From Candidatus Bathyarchaeota archaeon (lineage in GTDB: Archaea > Thermoproteota > Bathyarchaeia > Bathyarchaeales > Bathycorpusculaceae), in the NCBI GenBank assembly GCA_963777155.1, contig CAVZPM010000026.1, positions 1 to 17,703 of the forward strand: DNA of 17,703 nucleotides. The letters run 5' to 3'. Shown here piece after piece: positions 9,560-17,703 of the stretch. A program made the position numbers and the translations under genes. The notes under the pieces were generated by a model. That model was not told the DNA's origin and ran no database searches. It saw nothing but the letters and a program-made list of their open reading frames with translations. Position 1 is the first letter of the stretch, and the number at the start of each line of letters is the position of its first letter.

Positions 9560-11332
9560 ATGGATTACGCCATAATCGCAGATGCCTATCAGAAAATCGA
9601 AGCAACCACTAAACGCCTAGAAATGACTGATTTGCTGGTTGAATTGCTAAAGAAAACCCCAAAAGATGTCATTTCAAGGGTTGTTTATTTGACACAGGGC
9701 AAACTGTACCCTGACTTTGAAGGCATCGAGATGGGTGTGGCGGAGAAACTTGCCGTAAAAGCTCTTTCTCGGGCGGCTGGGCAAAGCGAAAACGTAATCC
9801 AAGCTGAACTACAGAAGAGCGGCGACATCGGCGAAACCTCAGAAAAACAGTTATCAAAACGCAAACAATCAACGTTTTTTACTAAAACACTCACTGCCGA
9901 ACGTGTTTACGAAACGCTCGATAAACTTGCAAAAACCTCAGGCAGCGGCGCGGTGGATACGAAGATGGCGCTTCTTTGTGGACTTTTAACTGATGCATCC
10001 CCCCAAGAGGCTAAATGGATAATTCGAACAGTTACAGGCAATCTGCGTTTGGGAATCGCCGACATGACAGTGCTTGATGCACTGGCGATTGCATATGGCG
10101 GCGGAAAAGAAGCCCGCGAACTCATCGAACGAGCCTACAACATTTCATCTGACTTAGGCAGAGTCGCCAGCATAGTTGCCGAGAAGGGCTTAGACGGCAT
10201 CAACAAATTCCAAGTTATGGTTTTTGAACCAATTAGACCAATGCTGGCTGAGCGGCTTGGTGCCCCCGAGGAGATTTTGGAGAAATTCAGCGGCAAATGC
10301 GTTGCTGAATACAAGTATGATGGTGAACGAATTCAAGCTCATAAAAAAGGTGGCAAAGTCATTTTGTTTTCTAGACGATTAGAAAACATTTCTGACCAAT
10401 ACCCTGACGCCGTTGACTTAATCAAGGAAAAAATTGGTGCGGAAGAAGCTATTTTGGAAGCGGAATGTGTCGCGATGGATTTGGAAACAGGCGATATGCG
10501 TCCTTTTCAGGAATTAATGCATCGGAGGCGTAAGTATGGTGTAGAAGCGGCCATAGATGAGTACCCGATTTCACTGTTCGCTTTCGATGCCCTCTATGTT
10601 GATGGAAAAGACCTAACCCAAGAACCGTTCACTCAAAGACGAAAAACACTGCAAAAAATCATCAAACAAGGCGACCGCATAAAACCTGCCACACAGAAAC
10701 TGGTCAGTAACCCTAAGGAACTTGAGGATTTCTTTGAACAAGCCATCGGTGAAGGCTGCGAAGGCTTAATGTGTAAATCTATCGCTAAAGATTCGGTTTA
10801 TCAGGCTGGAAGTCGTGGTTGGCTTTGGATAAAATATAAACGCGATTACAAGAGTGAAATGACTGATACCGTGGATTTAGTCGTTGTTGGCGCTTTTCAT
10901 GGTAGAGGCAAACGAGTTGGAACCTATGGTGCGTTGCTTTTAGCTACCTATAATGCTGAAACAGATACTTTTGAAACTGTAACCAAATGCGGCACAGGCT
11001 TTACTGATAAAGACTTAGCGACCCTTCATGAAATGCTTCAGAAACATGTGATTCCACGTAAAAACAGCCGAGTCCAATCAACGATGGAAGCTGACGTCTG
11101 GTTTGAGCCAGTGGTGGTTCTGGAGATACTAGGTGCAGAAGTCACCCTTAGCCCAATCCACATGTCGGCTATGAATTCCATTCGCAAAGGTGCAGGTTTA
11201 GCGATTCGTTTTCCACGGTTTACAGGCAAATACCGCACCGACAAGGCACCTGAAGACGCAACCACCTCCAAGGAAATTGTGGAAATGTACCGTGGACAAC
11301 TGAAGAAAACCGGTGAAGCCCAAAAAAGCTAA
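9560..11332 (+). CDS. lig: ATP-dependent DNA ligase, archaeal type
   Basis: PMLAER, EYKYDGERIQ (adenylated Lys), EGLMCK, YQAGSRGWLWIKYK, DLVVVGAFHGRGKR, GTGFTD and IRFPRF. ATG 9560 is preferred over GTG 9509. Confidence 0.97.
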   Translation: MDYAIIADAYQKIEATTKRLEMTDLLVELLKKTPKDVISRVVYLTQGKLYPDFEGIEMGVAEKLAVKALSRAAGQSENVIQAELQKSGDIGETSEKQLSKRKQSTFFTKTLTAERVYETLDKLAKTSGSGAVDTKMALLCGLLTDASPQEAKWIIRTVTGNLRLGIADMTVLDALAIAYGGGKEARELIERAYNISSDLGRVASIVAEKGLDGINKFQVMVFEPIRPMLAERLGAPEEILEKFSGKCVAEYKYDGERIQAHKKGGKVILFSRRLENISDQYPDAVDLIKEKIGAEEAILEAECVAMDLETGDMRPFQELMHRRRKYGVEAAIDEYPISLFAFDALYVDGKDLTQEPFTQRRKTLQKIIKQGDRIKPATQKLVSNPKELEDFFEQAIGEGCEGLMCKSIAKDSVYQAGSRGWLWIKYKRDYKSEMTDTVDLVVVGAFHGRGKRVGTYGALLLATYNAETDTFETVTKCGTGFTDKDLATLHEMLQKHVIPRKNSRVQSTMEADVWFEPVVVLEILGAEVTLSPIHMSAMNSIRKGAGLAIRFPRFTGKYRTDKAPEDATTSKEIVEMYRGQLKKTGEAQKS

Positions 11333-11379
11333 AACTGATAAAGTACAAACGCGCATTGTATTTGCGAGTGCTGATTGGC

Positions 11380-12004
11380 TTGTCCTTAGACCCAGAAAAA
11401 ATGAAATCCATGATTGCGTTTAAAAAACGGCTAGAAGATCAACTTGAAAAGTTAACCGTGGAAACCATTGAGGTCCAAGCAACCCTTGACGCAGTTAACC
11501 AGATTCTGCTTGAGAAAGGGTTTCAAAAGAGGAGACATAAAAGAAGTCCCCTTGGCACCAGCAACCATGCCTCAAGAAGTGGTTTTGCCAAAACATGAAC
11601 CTGAACCGCCTAAAGCAGCTCTAACTCAGCAGCACACCGAATCTGAAAGCGTCATACCCCTAAAAACCATGGCGGATGAACCCTTAGCACTCATGTACTT
11701 CGATAAACAAACCATCCATGTGCTCCCTGACGAAAGCAAAAACTTCAGCGTCAACACACCTCCCTTCAGCAACTTCCTTGTTGAGAAGGTCTTCGCTAAG
11801 ATGCAGGAAAAAGACAAAGAACTCGTTCGGTTGGGACAGTTAGCGACGGATAAAATGTTTTCCTTCAACGTCGTTCGGGAAGGTGACTTGATTCGGGAAA
11901 TAATAATTAAAAACGTCGATGATGAGAGGCTTAAAGAGCTTAAGTCAAGTGTTCGGTGGACTTTTGAGAAAATGTATGAAAAAATGAAAAGTAGCGGAAT
12001 TTAG
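11380..12004 (+). CDS. Hypothetical protein with N-terminal coiled coil (one extra base near 11520); start uncertain
   Basis: ORFs 11356..11598 and 11468..12004 join at LLEKG|FKRGD. Heptad-like N-terminus, Pro-rich linker and globular C-domain (TPPFSNFL). Confidence 0.7.
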
Positions 12005-12006
12005 AG

Positions 12007-12342
12007 TTACACTGAATGCTTCTGTAGTGCATCAGTTATTCTGTTCTTTGGACACAAACCAACAAGCCTTTCTGCTTCTTTGCCGTCTTTGAAAACTATC
12101 ATAGTTGGTATGCTATAGACTTGGAATTTTTCAGCAGATGCTGGATTCTCGTCGACATCCAGTTTGCTGATTAGGACTTTGCCGCTGTATTCTTTTGCTA
12201 GCTCCACGATTATTGGTGCTAAGGCTCGGCATGGACCGCACCAGTTAGCCCAGAAATCAACAAAAACTAGTTTGTTTTTCGTTATGGTTTCATCAAAATT
12301 CGAATCGGTTACATGAAAAGGTTCAGCGCTCATTTTGGACAT
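12007..12342 (-). CDS. trxA: Thioredoxin
   Basis: VDFWANWCGPCRAL, LDVDENP and SIPTMIVFKDG. Confidence 0.95.
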   Translation of the reverse strand: MSKMSAEPFHVTDSNFDETITKNKLVFVDFWANWCGPCRALAPIIVELAKEYSGKVLISKLDVDENPASAEKFQVYSIPTMIVFKDGKEAERLVGLCPKNRITDALQKHSV

Positions 12343-12403
12343 ACTCCATAATAACTAGTAATAGTTTTAGGTTAGTTTGATATAAACTGTTCGCGCCTAA
12401 AGA

Positions 12404-12622
12404 TTATCGGCACTGTTTCATTTTTTCTAGCAATGCCTTGAATGTCACATATGATTCTTCAGGTTCGGAGATATCAGCAGCGATCTTTTCATTTCTTTCC
12501 ATTCAAAGCCAATACCGTTCTTTTCAAAAACCACTTGTGCTTTTCGGCTTAGAACTTCCGCGAAAACCTGCTTTATTCCCGAATAGACACATAGAAGAGC
12601 CAGAGAATCTGTGGTTAGGCAT
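12404..12622 (-). CDS. Possible small hypothetical protein (~72 aa, needs two indel corrections)
   Basis: Protein-like segments LLCVYSGIKQVFAEVLSRKAQVVFEKNGIGFEWKE and EKIAADISEPEESYVTFKALLEKMKQCR* lie in adjacent frames and fill the gap between two co-oriented genes. Confidence 0.3.
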
Positions 12623-12643
12623 CTAAGAACACTATTGGTTAAA

Positions 12644-13270
12644 CTAAAGTTCCTGTTTAAAATAGTGCTCAAGCAGCCTGCGTGTTCCTCGCCGCACTAT
12701 CTCTGATAATGTCCCTGCACTAATCCCCAACTTCGCCGCCAACTCAGCCATCCCAATCTGTCGTGGATAATCAAAAAAGCCGCTTTTAAGCGCCAGCCAG
12801 AAAATCCGTTCCTGATTCTCAGTTAAAACGTCGATTTTCTGTTCAAACTTGCCGACTTTGCGGATGTTAATTTTGTGACCTGTTTTCTCTAAATCGCTTA
12901 TTATGCCTCTGTAAGCTTCAAAGGTTGGTACCATGAAGCTGTACGTTATGATGTTATCCTGCATGCTTTTGCCCGACACCAAAAACGCATCGTGATTCAG
13001 TATGGTGTTGCAGACTTCACAGCCCTCGCTTTCAAGCCAAACGGAGGATTTTCCTTCAACATGACCTTTGGCAGCGAGTTCTTTAGGAACTTTTTTTGCC
13101 TGATCTGCTCCTACATCCATTAGATGACGCACGGAACCACTGCTGGAGCTGCGCACATCAACTACTTTGAGGTGCTTAAATCCTAAAGAAGCTAGTTTCC
13201 CAACCATTTTGCACTGTTTGTTTTCAACTTCGATTACGACTTGGTAGGGTTCACGCCATGTATCAGCCAA
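12644..13270 (-). CDS. Bacterio-opsin-activator-type (HTH_10) transcriptional regulator
   Basis: C-terminal LTENQERIFWLALKSGFFDYPRQIGMAELAAKLGISAGTLSEIVRRG; N-terminal domain with CEVC. Confidence 0.9.
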   Translation of the reverse strand: MADTWREPYQVVIEVENKQCKMVGKLASLGFKHLKVVDVRSSSSGSVRHLMDVGADQAKKVPKELAAKGHVEGKSSVWLESEGCEVCNTILNHDAFLVSGKSMQDNIITYSFMVPTFEAYRGIISDLEKTGHKINIRKVGKFEQKIDVLTENQERIFWLALKSGFFDYPRQIGMAELAAKLGISAGTLSEIVRRGTRRLLEHYFKQEL

Positions 13271-13371
13271 ACAAATCTGCCGTCCAACCTAATTGTGGGA
13301 AACGTTTGTTAAATAGGTAGTTCCAAAAAAGGAAAATTCCTAGAAAAAGGATGGGTGAGTTGTGGAAGTTT

Positions 13372-13823
13372 CTATTGGAATCCAATATGGCCCCTTTCAT
13401 CACCATTTTTGACTTTGCTTTCTTTCAGTTTACCAAATTCTAAAGCACGCTTAACTAACCGTTCAAATATTTCAAAATCAGAATGCTGAAGAGTTGTCTG
13501 CTCAAAGCTGACATACTTGTTGTTTTTTGCTTGGACTAACTAATCTTTCGAACTCAGCCTCCAAAATATCTCTGGTAATAATCGGCTTACCGTCAAGCAA
13601 TCTAAAGCCACAATTAAGACAATATTCAAAATCGAACTCTAACACCCTTCCTTTGGAGTTTCCCTCACCAAAATATTTGGTGTCGCCTAATTTGGTGAAC
13701 ATGACATCATCGAATTCAATAAAGGATACATGGGTTTTTTTGATGTCATGTTTGTGGTTCAAGTCAGCACACTTCTTAGCTTGCTCTTCATCAAGGGACT
13801 TAGTTTATTTAAACGCTGGTCAT
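13372..13823 (-). CDS. Hypothetical protein with CxxC (frameshifts near 13810 and 13525)
   Basis: Core ORF 13502..13762 (YCLNCG) extends upstream as KSLDEEQAKKCAD. After an A-run it continues in another frame as KYVSFEQTTLQHSDFEIFERLVKRAL...GFQ*. Confidence 0.45.
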
Positions 13824-13960
13824 AATTATTTCCCTGAATGTCCCTTAAATAGTTGGCATCTGGAATCCAAACGGATTCTTTCGAAAGGTTCCACATCTTT
13901 TATAGCATTCAATGCCTAGATATTTGAACAGTTTTGACAGTGCTAAACTGAGTTATCCCG

Positions 13961-14720
13961 ATGAGTTTCATTGATCTAAAACTGTTAGAAACCATATTCT
14001 CAGGCATTATTGTAGCTGTGGCTTTCCCAATCGGCGCTTTAATAGCGATATACCTACCTTATTCCTCGTCTAGAACGAGCACTGTTTGCAGCGTTCGGCG
14101 CCGGTGTATTTTTCGCTGCCACAATGCTTCTAACCGAACAAGCGTTGGCTTTGGGAAATGTTTTGGATTTGGTGTTGGGTTTTGGCCTTGGCGCTGCAAC
14201 ATTCGGGTTAGCTCAACACTTGATCAGGCACAGACATCAGTCGAAAGATGATGCAGAGCCGGAAAGAAAAAGAAAACAGGAACGATCCGACGGCAGACTC
14301 TCAATTGTAGGAACAGTGCTAGACAGCGTTCCTGAAACGCTGTTTGTTGGAATTATCGCTTTTCTAAATCAACCAGGACTTTTCGCTGCGGTAGTGGTGC
14401 TTTTTTTGGGTAATCTTGCAACAACTTTGGAGGGCGCAAAAATAATGCATAAGCAAGGCATGGGTAAAAAACAAATACTCAGAGGGTGGCTAGCAGATTT
14501 CGGCATAGTTGCCATAGCTGCCCCAATCGGTTATTTTCTTGCGGGGGCTGTAGTAAACGATGTTTTAGCAGTTGTACTAAGTTTTGCCGCAGGGACATTG
14601 ATAGTTTTCATTGCTGGGGAACTCATTGCCCGAGCCTACCGTGAATCAACGGGACATAGTGAAGACCTTTCGATATCGGCTGGTTTCCTAATTGGCGTAA
14701 TACTCTTATTTGTTCTATAA
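13961..14720 (+). CDS. ZIP-family divalent metal transporter (one extra base near 14075)
   Basis: AFPIGALIA, then AAFGAGVFFA, His/charged loop HLIRHRH, LDSVPE, LSFAAGTLI and terminal GFLIG; multiple TM helices. Confidence 0.78.
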
Positions 14721-14799
14721 CCATTGTCAAAGCGTTCCGAAAACAAAAATAAGGACAAACCAAACAACAATAACGCGCCAAGCAAAAATAAAGCCAAGT

Positions 14800-14876
14800 G
14801 GCCGGGGTGGTGTAGCTTGGCAGCATAGAGGCCTGTGGAGCCTTTCGCCCGAGTTCAAATCTCGGCCCCGGCCCCA
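14800..14876 (+). tRNA. tRNA-His (GTG), intronless, with encoded G-1, C73 and CCA
   Basis: Acceptor GCCGGGG/CCCCGGC (14801-07/14866-72); anticodon arm GAGGC-CTGTGGA-GCCTT (GTG at 14835-37); T arm CCGAG-TTCAAAT-CTCGG. Confidence 0.97.
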
Positions 14877-14889
14877 CCAAAAATGGGTT

Positions 14890-15453
14890 TTAGTAATGTT
14901 TTTCTATTCCACCAAAACCAATCTGCTTGTTTTTCTCAGTTAATTTGATAAGATTATTGAGACGTTTTTTAAATTCCTCTGGGCGGTTGCGTGCACCCTC
15001 AACGTAAGCGACGCGGATTCTCTGGTATTGAAGCGAAAACTTTTGGAAATTCTCCCACACCATCTTATTGGTTTTAAGGGCTCCTAAAATATCCGAAGGC
15101 ATAACAAAGTCTTCACTTAGGACATCTTGGATTGCTACCTTAACCGATGGTATAACCATGCCTTCCTTGACAAGTTTTCTTAGACGGACTTTGTTGGCTT
15201 CTGAATAGGGGCTCTTGGGGTTGCGGGGAGAGAAACGTTGAGCATAACTGTAATCATCAATGCGTTTAACGGTACTGTCAATCCAGCCAAAACACAGTGC
15301 CTCTTCAACCGCATCATCATAGAGTATACGGGGTTTGCCACTTGCCTTCTTTGGGTATACTAACCAGATTTCTTTTTCCTTGTCATAATTTTCTGCAAGC
15401 CATGTCCGCCAAGTCTGTCTGTCAGTAACATACAGCGTCTTTCCAATATTCAT
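14890..15453 (-). CDS. YdeI/OmpD-associated family protein
   Basis: WRTWLAEN, EIWLVYPKKASG, YDDAVEEALCFGWIDS, QRFSPR, and a C-terminal OmdA-like PSDILGAL...FQKFS...RL segment. Confidence 0.9.
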   Translation of the reverse strand: MNIGKTLYVTDRQTWRTWLAENYDKEKEIWLVYPKKASGKPRILYDDAVEEALCFGWIDSTVKRIDDYSYAQRFSPRNPKSPYSEANKVRLRKLVKEGMVIPSVKVAIQDVLSEDFVMPSDILGALKTNKMVWENFQKFSLQYQRIRVAYVEGARNRPEEFKKRLNNLIKLTEKNKQIGFGGIEKHY

Positions 15454-15573
15454 AAGCTAACCAGAGACATCAATAGTTAATTTTTGCGTTAATTAAATGA
15501 TGCGTTTCATGTTTAAGAGGTATTAACTAGGAAAACTACAACAACATTTAACCAACACCACACATACTTTTAG

Positions 15574-15783
15574 TTGCCTTACCGAAATTGAGCACCCATA
15601 ACGACGGACTCAACAGAGGAACGTAAGAAACACAAATCTTGCACCTATGACGACAGAGTTCTACCCAATTATGGAACAGGTGGGGCAAAGGGCAAAAGTC
15701 CCGCGCCGAGAGAGCTTAGCCAAGCTAAAAGCGACGCTCAGCTATGAGGTTAAGTGTTAGGTTACGTCGGGAGACACCAGCCC
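15574..15783 (+). ncRNA. Two-hairpin structured RNA, copy 1 (H/ACA-like guide candidate)
   Basis: Stems TTGCCTTACC/GGTGGGGCAA, CCATAA/TTATGG, GGACTC/GAGTTC, GTAAGA/TCTTGC, GGGC/GCCC, TCCCG/CGGGA and CTTAGCC/GGTTAAG. K-turn CAGA/ATGACGA; ACA at 15676 and 15774; TTTAA 27 nt upstream. Confidence 0.72.
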
Positions 15784-15865
15784 AAAAAATAAAATGCTTT
15801 GTTTTAATGTAGCCGTATGGAATCCAAACCATGTGACTAAATAGTTGTGAATTTGTATCCAAGTG

Positions 15866-15883
15866 AGTAAATTCTTAAATTCC
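15866..15883 (+). promoter_or_regulatory. Putative BRE/TATA of tyrS (copy 1)
   Basis: AGTAAATTCTTAAATTCC is identical to 16798-16815 within otherwise unalignable spacer DNA, ~40 nt before TTG. Confidence 0.55.
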
Positions 15884-15922
15884 TATTCATTATTAGGCTA
15901 TCAACAACTGAGTTGAAGCCGC

Positions 15923-16090
15923 TTGGACATAGAAAAGAAGATTGAACTTATTTGCAGACCGCCCACAGAAGAGGTCGTCACACCAGAGGATTTGCGTCAG
16001 CTATTCGAAAAAGAAGAACACCCAATCGCCTACAACGGCTGGGAACCATCCGGGTTAGCACATCTGGGAACGGGCGTTATCTGCGCTTAT
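15923..16090 (+). pseudogene. tyrS: Truncated 5' fragment (56 codons) of tyrosyl-tRNA synthetase
   Basis: 53/56 aa identical to the N-terminus at 16856, then runs into antisense ydeI sequence and stops at 16150. Confidence 0.9.
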
Positions 16091-16420
16091 ATCTTGGATT
16101 GCTACCTTAACCGATGGTATAACCATGCCTTCCTTGACAAGTTTTCTTAGGCGGACTTTGTTGGCTTCTGAATATGGGGTCTTGGGGTTGCGGGGAGAGA
16201 AACGTTGAGCATAACTGTAATCATCAATGCGTTTAACGGTACTGTCAATCCAGCCAAAACACAGCGCCTCTTCAACAGCATCATCATAGAGTATGCGGGG
16301 TTTGCCACTTGCCTTCTTTGGGTATACTAACCAGATTTCTTTCTCTTTGTCATAATTTTCTGCAAGCCATGCCCGCCAGGTTTGTCTGTCAGTAACATAG
16401 AGCTTCTTTCCAACATTCAT
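16091..16420 (-). pseudogene. 3'-truncated second copy of the ydeI-like gene (110 codons)
   Basis: About 14 differences in 330 nt versus 15124-15453 (hand count); lacks the OmdA-like C-terminal domain. Confidence 0.9.
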
Positions 16421-16540
16421 ATGCTAACCCGACGTCAATAAAGTTAATTTTTGCTTTAATTAAATGATGCGTTTCATGTTTTAGAGTTATTAATTAACAA
16501 AACTACAACAACATTTAACCAACACCGCACATATTTTTAG

Positions 16541-16752
16541 TTGCCTTACCGAAATTGAGCACCCATAACGACGGACCCGACAGAGGAAAGGCAAGCCCAA
16601 CAAAACTTGCTCCCATGACGAACGGGTTCTACCCAATTATGGAACAGGTGAGACACGGGCGAAAAAAAAATCCCATCAAGCTTAACCTAGCTTAAAGCGA
16701 CGCTTAGCTGTGCGGTTAAGTGTTCCAGTTCTAGTGGGAGACAAACAGCCCG
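16541..16752 (+). ncRNA. Two-hairpin structured RNA, copy 2
   Basis: Same fold as copy 1: GGACCCG/CGGGTTC, GCAAG/CTTGC, CGGGC/GCCCG, TCCCAT/GTGGGA and CTTAACC/GGTTAAG. ACA at 16644 and 16741. Confidence 0.7.
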
Positions 16753-16797
16753 TAAAAAGATTTTTGACATAACATGTTCTCATTCCGTCGGCTGACT

Positions 16798-16815
16798 AGT
16801 AAATTCTTAAATTCC
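16798..16815 (+). promoter_or_regulatory. Putative BRE/TATA of tyrS (copy 2)
   Basis: AGTAAATTCTTAAATTCC conserved between the duplicated units. Confidence 0.55.
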
Positions 16816-16855
16816 CAGTTCCTATTAGGCTATGAAGAATTGGGCTGTGACTGAC

Positions 16856-17703
16856 TTGGATTTAGAGAAAAAGATTGAGCTCATCTGCCGACCGCCAACG
16901 GAAGAAGTTATAACACCAGAGGATTTGCGCATGCTTTTCGAGAAGGAAGAGCATCCCATCGCGTATAATGGTTGGGAGCCTTCTGGCTTAGCTCATTTGG
17001 GAACAGGGGTTATTTGCGCTTACAAAATGAAGGATTTCGCTGAGGCAGGCGTGCATTTTAAAGCGTTTTTGGCAACATGGCATGCATGGTTAAACAACAA
17101 GTTAGGCGGCGACCGCGCACTTATCCGCAAAGCTGCAGACCTATTCCGCCACTCATGGCTCTCACTAGGTGTTCCCGGCGACAAAGTGGAATTCATCTAT
17201 TCCGACGAGCTCTACAAAGACATTGATTATTGGGCAAAAACCGTGATAATTTCTAAAAACCTCACTTTAGCCCGAACCACGCGCACTTTGGAAATCGCTG
17301 GCAGAAAAGAGGGAGAAGCACATTACGTCTCTGATTACCTTTACACACCCATGCAGGTCGCTGACATTTTTGAGATGAAAGTAAAGATTTGCCAACTCGG
17401 CATGGATCAACGCAAAGCGAACATGGTTGGCCGCGAAATCGGAGAAAAAATCGGCTGTTGGAAACCAGTCTGCGTACATCACCATTTACTGCAGGGTCTA
17501 GCGAAAACCTCGGAATTTGGCCGATTCCCGAAGGACAAGAAAAAGAAGCTGTAGCTTCAGCACAAAATGTCCAAGAGCAAACCAGACACATGCATCTTCA
17601 TCTACGATACACCCGAAGAAATCAAACAAAAAATGAGTAAAGCATTCTGCCCAGAAAGAACCGTAAAATTCAACCCAATAATGGACATCTGTAAATACAT
17701 AGT
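16856..17703 (+). CDS. tyrS: Tyrosyl-tRNA synthetase, archaeal type (indels near 17505-17511 and 17563; runs off window)
   Basis: YNGWEPSGLAHLG (HIGH region), YTPMQVADIF, LGMDQRK, and after correction KMSKSKPD and KAFCP. The TTG start is conserved in both copies. Confidence 0.95.

Larger units (their letters stand above)
15124..16090 (+). repeat. Tandem duplication unit 1 (ydeI 5' part, ncRNA, tyrS 5' part)
   Basis: Aligns with 16091..17023; both units begin ATCTTGGATTGCTACC and end TGCGCTTA(T/C). Confidence 0.95.
16091..17023 (+). repeat. Tandem duplication unit 2
   Basis: Counterpart of 15124..16090; continues into full tyrS. Confidence 0.95.

Noticed and set aside
16055-16150. Novel fusion proteins created at the duplication junction
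   Set aside because: Both read-through tails are only 11-19 aa of antisense sequence before a stop, with no evidence of function.
15574-16752. RNase P RNA, SRP RNA, cobalamin riboswitch or hammerhead as the identity of the structured RNA
   Set aside because: GAGGAAAG occurs in only one copy and there is no P4 partner. No SRP helix-8 motif, no B12-box core, and ATGACGA lacks the CUGA hammerhead core.
16541-16855. T-box riboswitch ahead of tyrS (K-turn, TAC triplet at 16630-16632, TGGAAC)
   Set aside because: No GGTGGNACC antiterminator or U-tailed terminator, tyrS has its own conserved TATA-like motif downstream of the RNA, and T-boxes are bacterial.
14800-17023. Integrative element or prophage at tRNA-His
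   Set aside because: No integrase or transposase and no second copy of the tRNA 3' end seen in the window.

Overview
Archaeal chromosomal window. eL22, an archaeal ATP-dependent ligase and an archaeal-type TyrRS suggest Bathyarchaeia or a related TACK/Asgard lineage (inference). About 15 single-base indels break reading frames, including in essential tyrS, so these are most likely uncorrected long-read errors. Protein and tRNA content in order: 3' part of an MgtA-type Mg2+ P-type ATPase with an unusual C-terminal winged-helix-like tail; a redox cluster (monothiol thioredoxin, CDGSH Fe-S protein, cytochrome b5); two HTH regulators; metY-metX-metW; eL22; a Cys-rich microprotein; flavodoxin; DNA ligase; thioredoxin; an HTH-10 regulator; a ZIP transporter; tRNA-His(GTG); ydeI-like; tyrS. 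The best signals lie outside the ORF track. (1) A ~210-nt two-hairpin structured RNA present in two diverged copies (15574-15783, 16541-16752) with compensatory changes, a K-turn and ACA boxes, resembling an H/ACA guide whose second pocket differs between copies. (2) The ~0.95-kb mosaic tandem duplication carrying it (ydeI part ~96% identical, tyrS part ~78% with almost only synonymous changes). (3) A clean C/D-box sRNA (8466-8535, minus) predicted to guide 2'-O-methylation of the 16S C1402-equivalent, just upstream of eL22.
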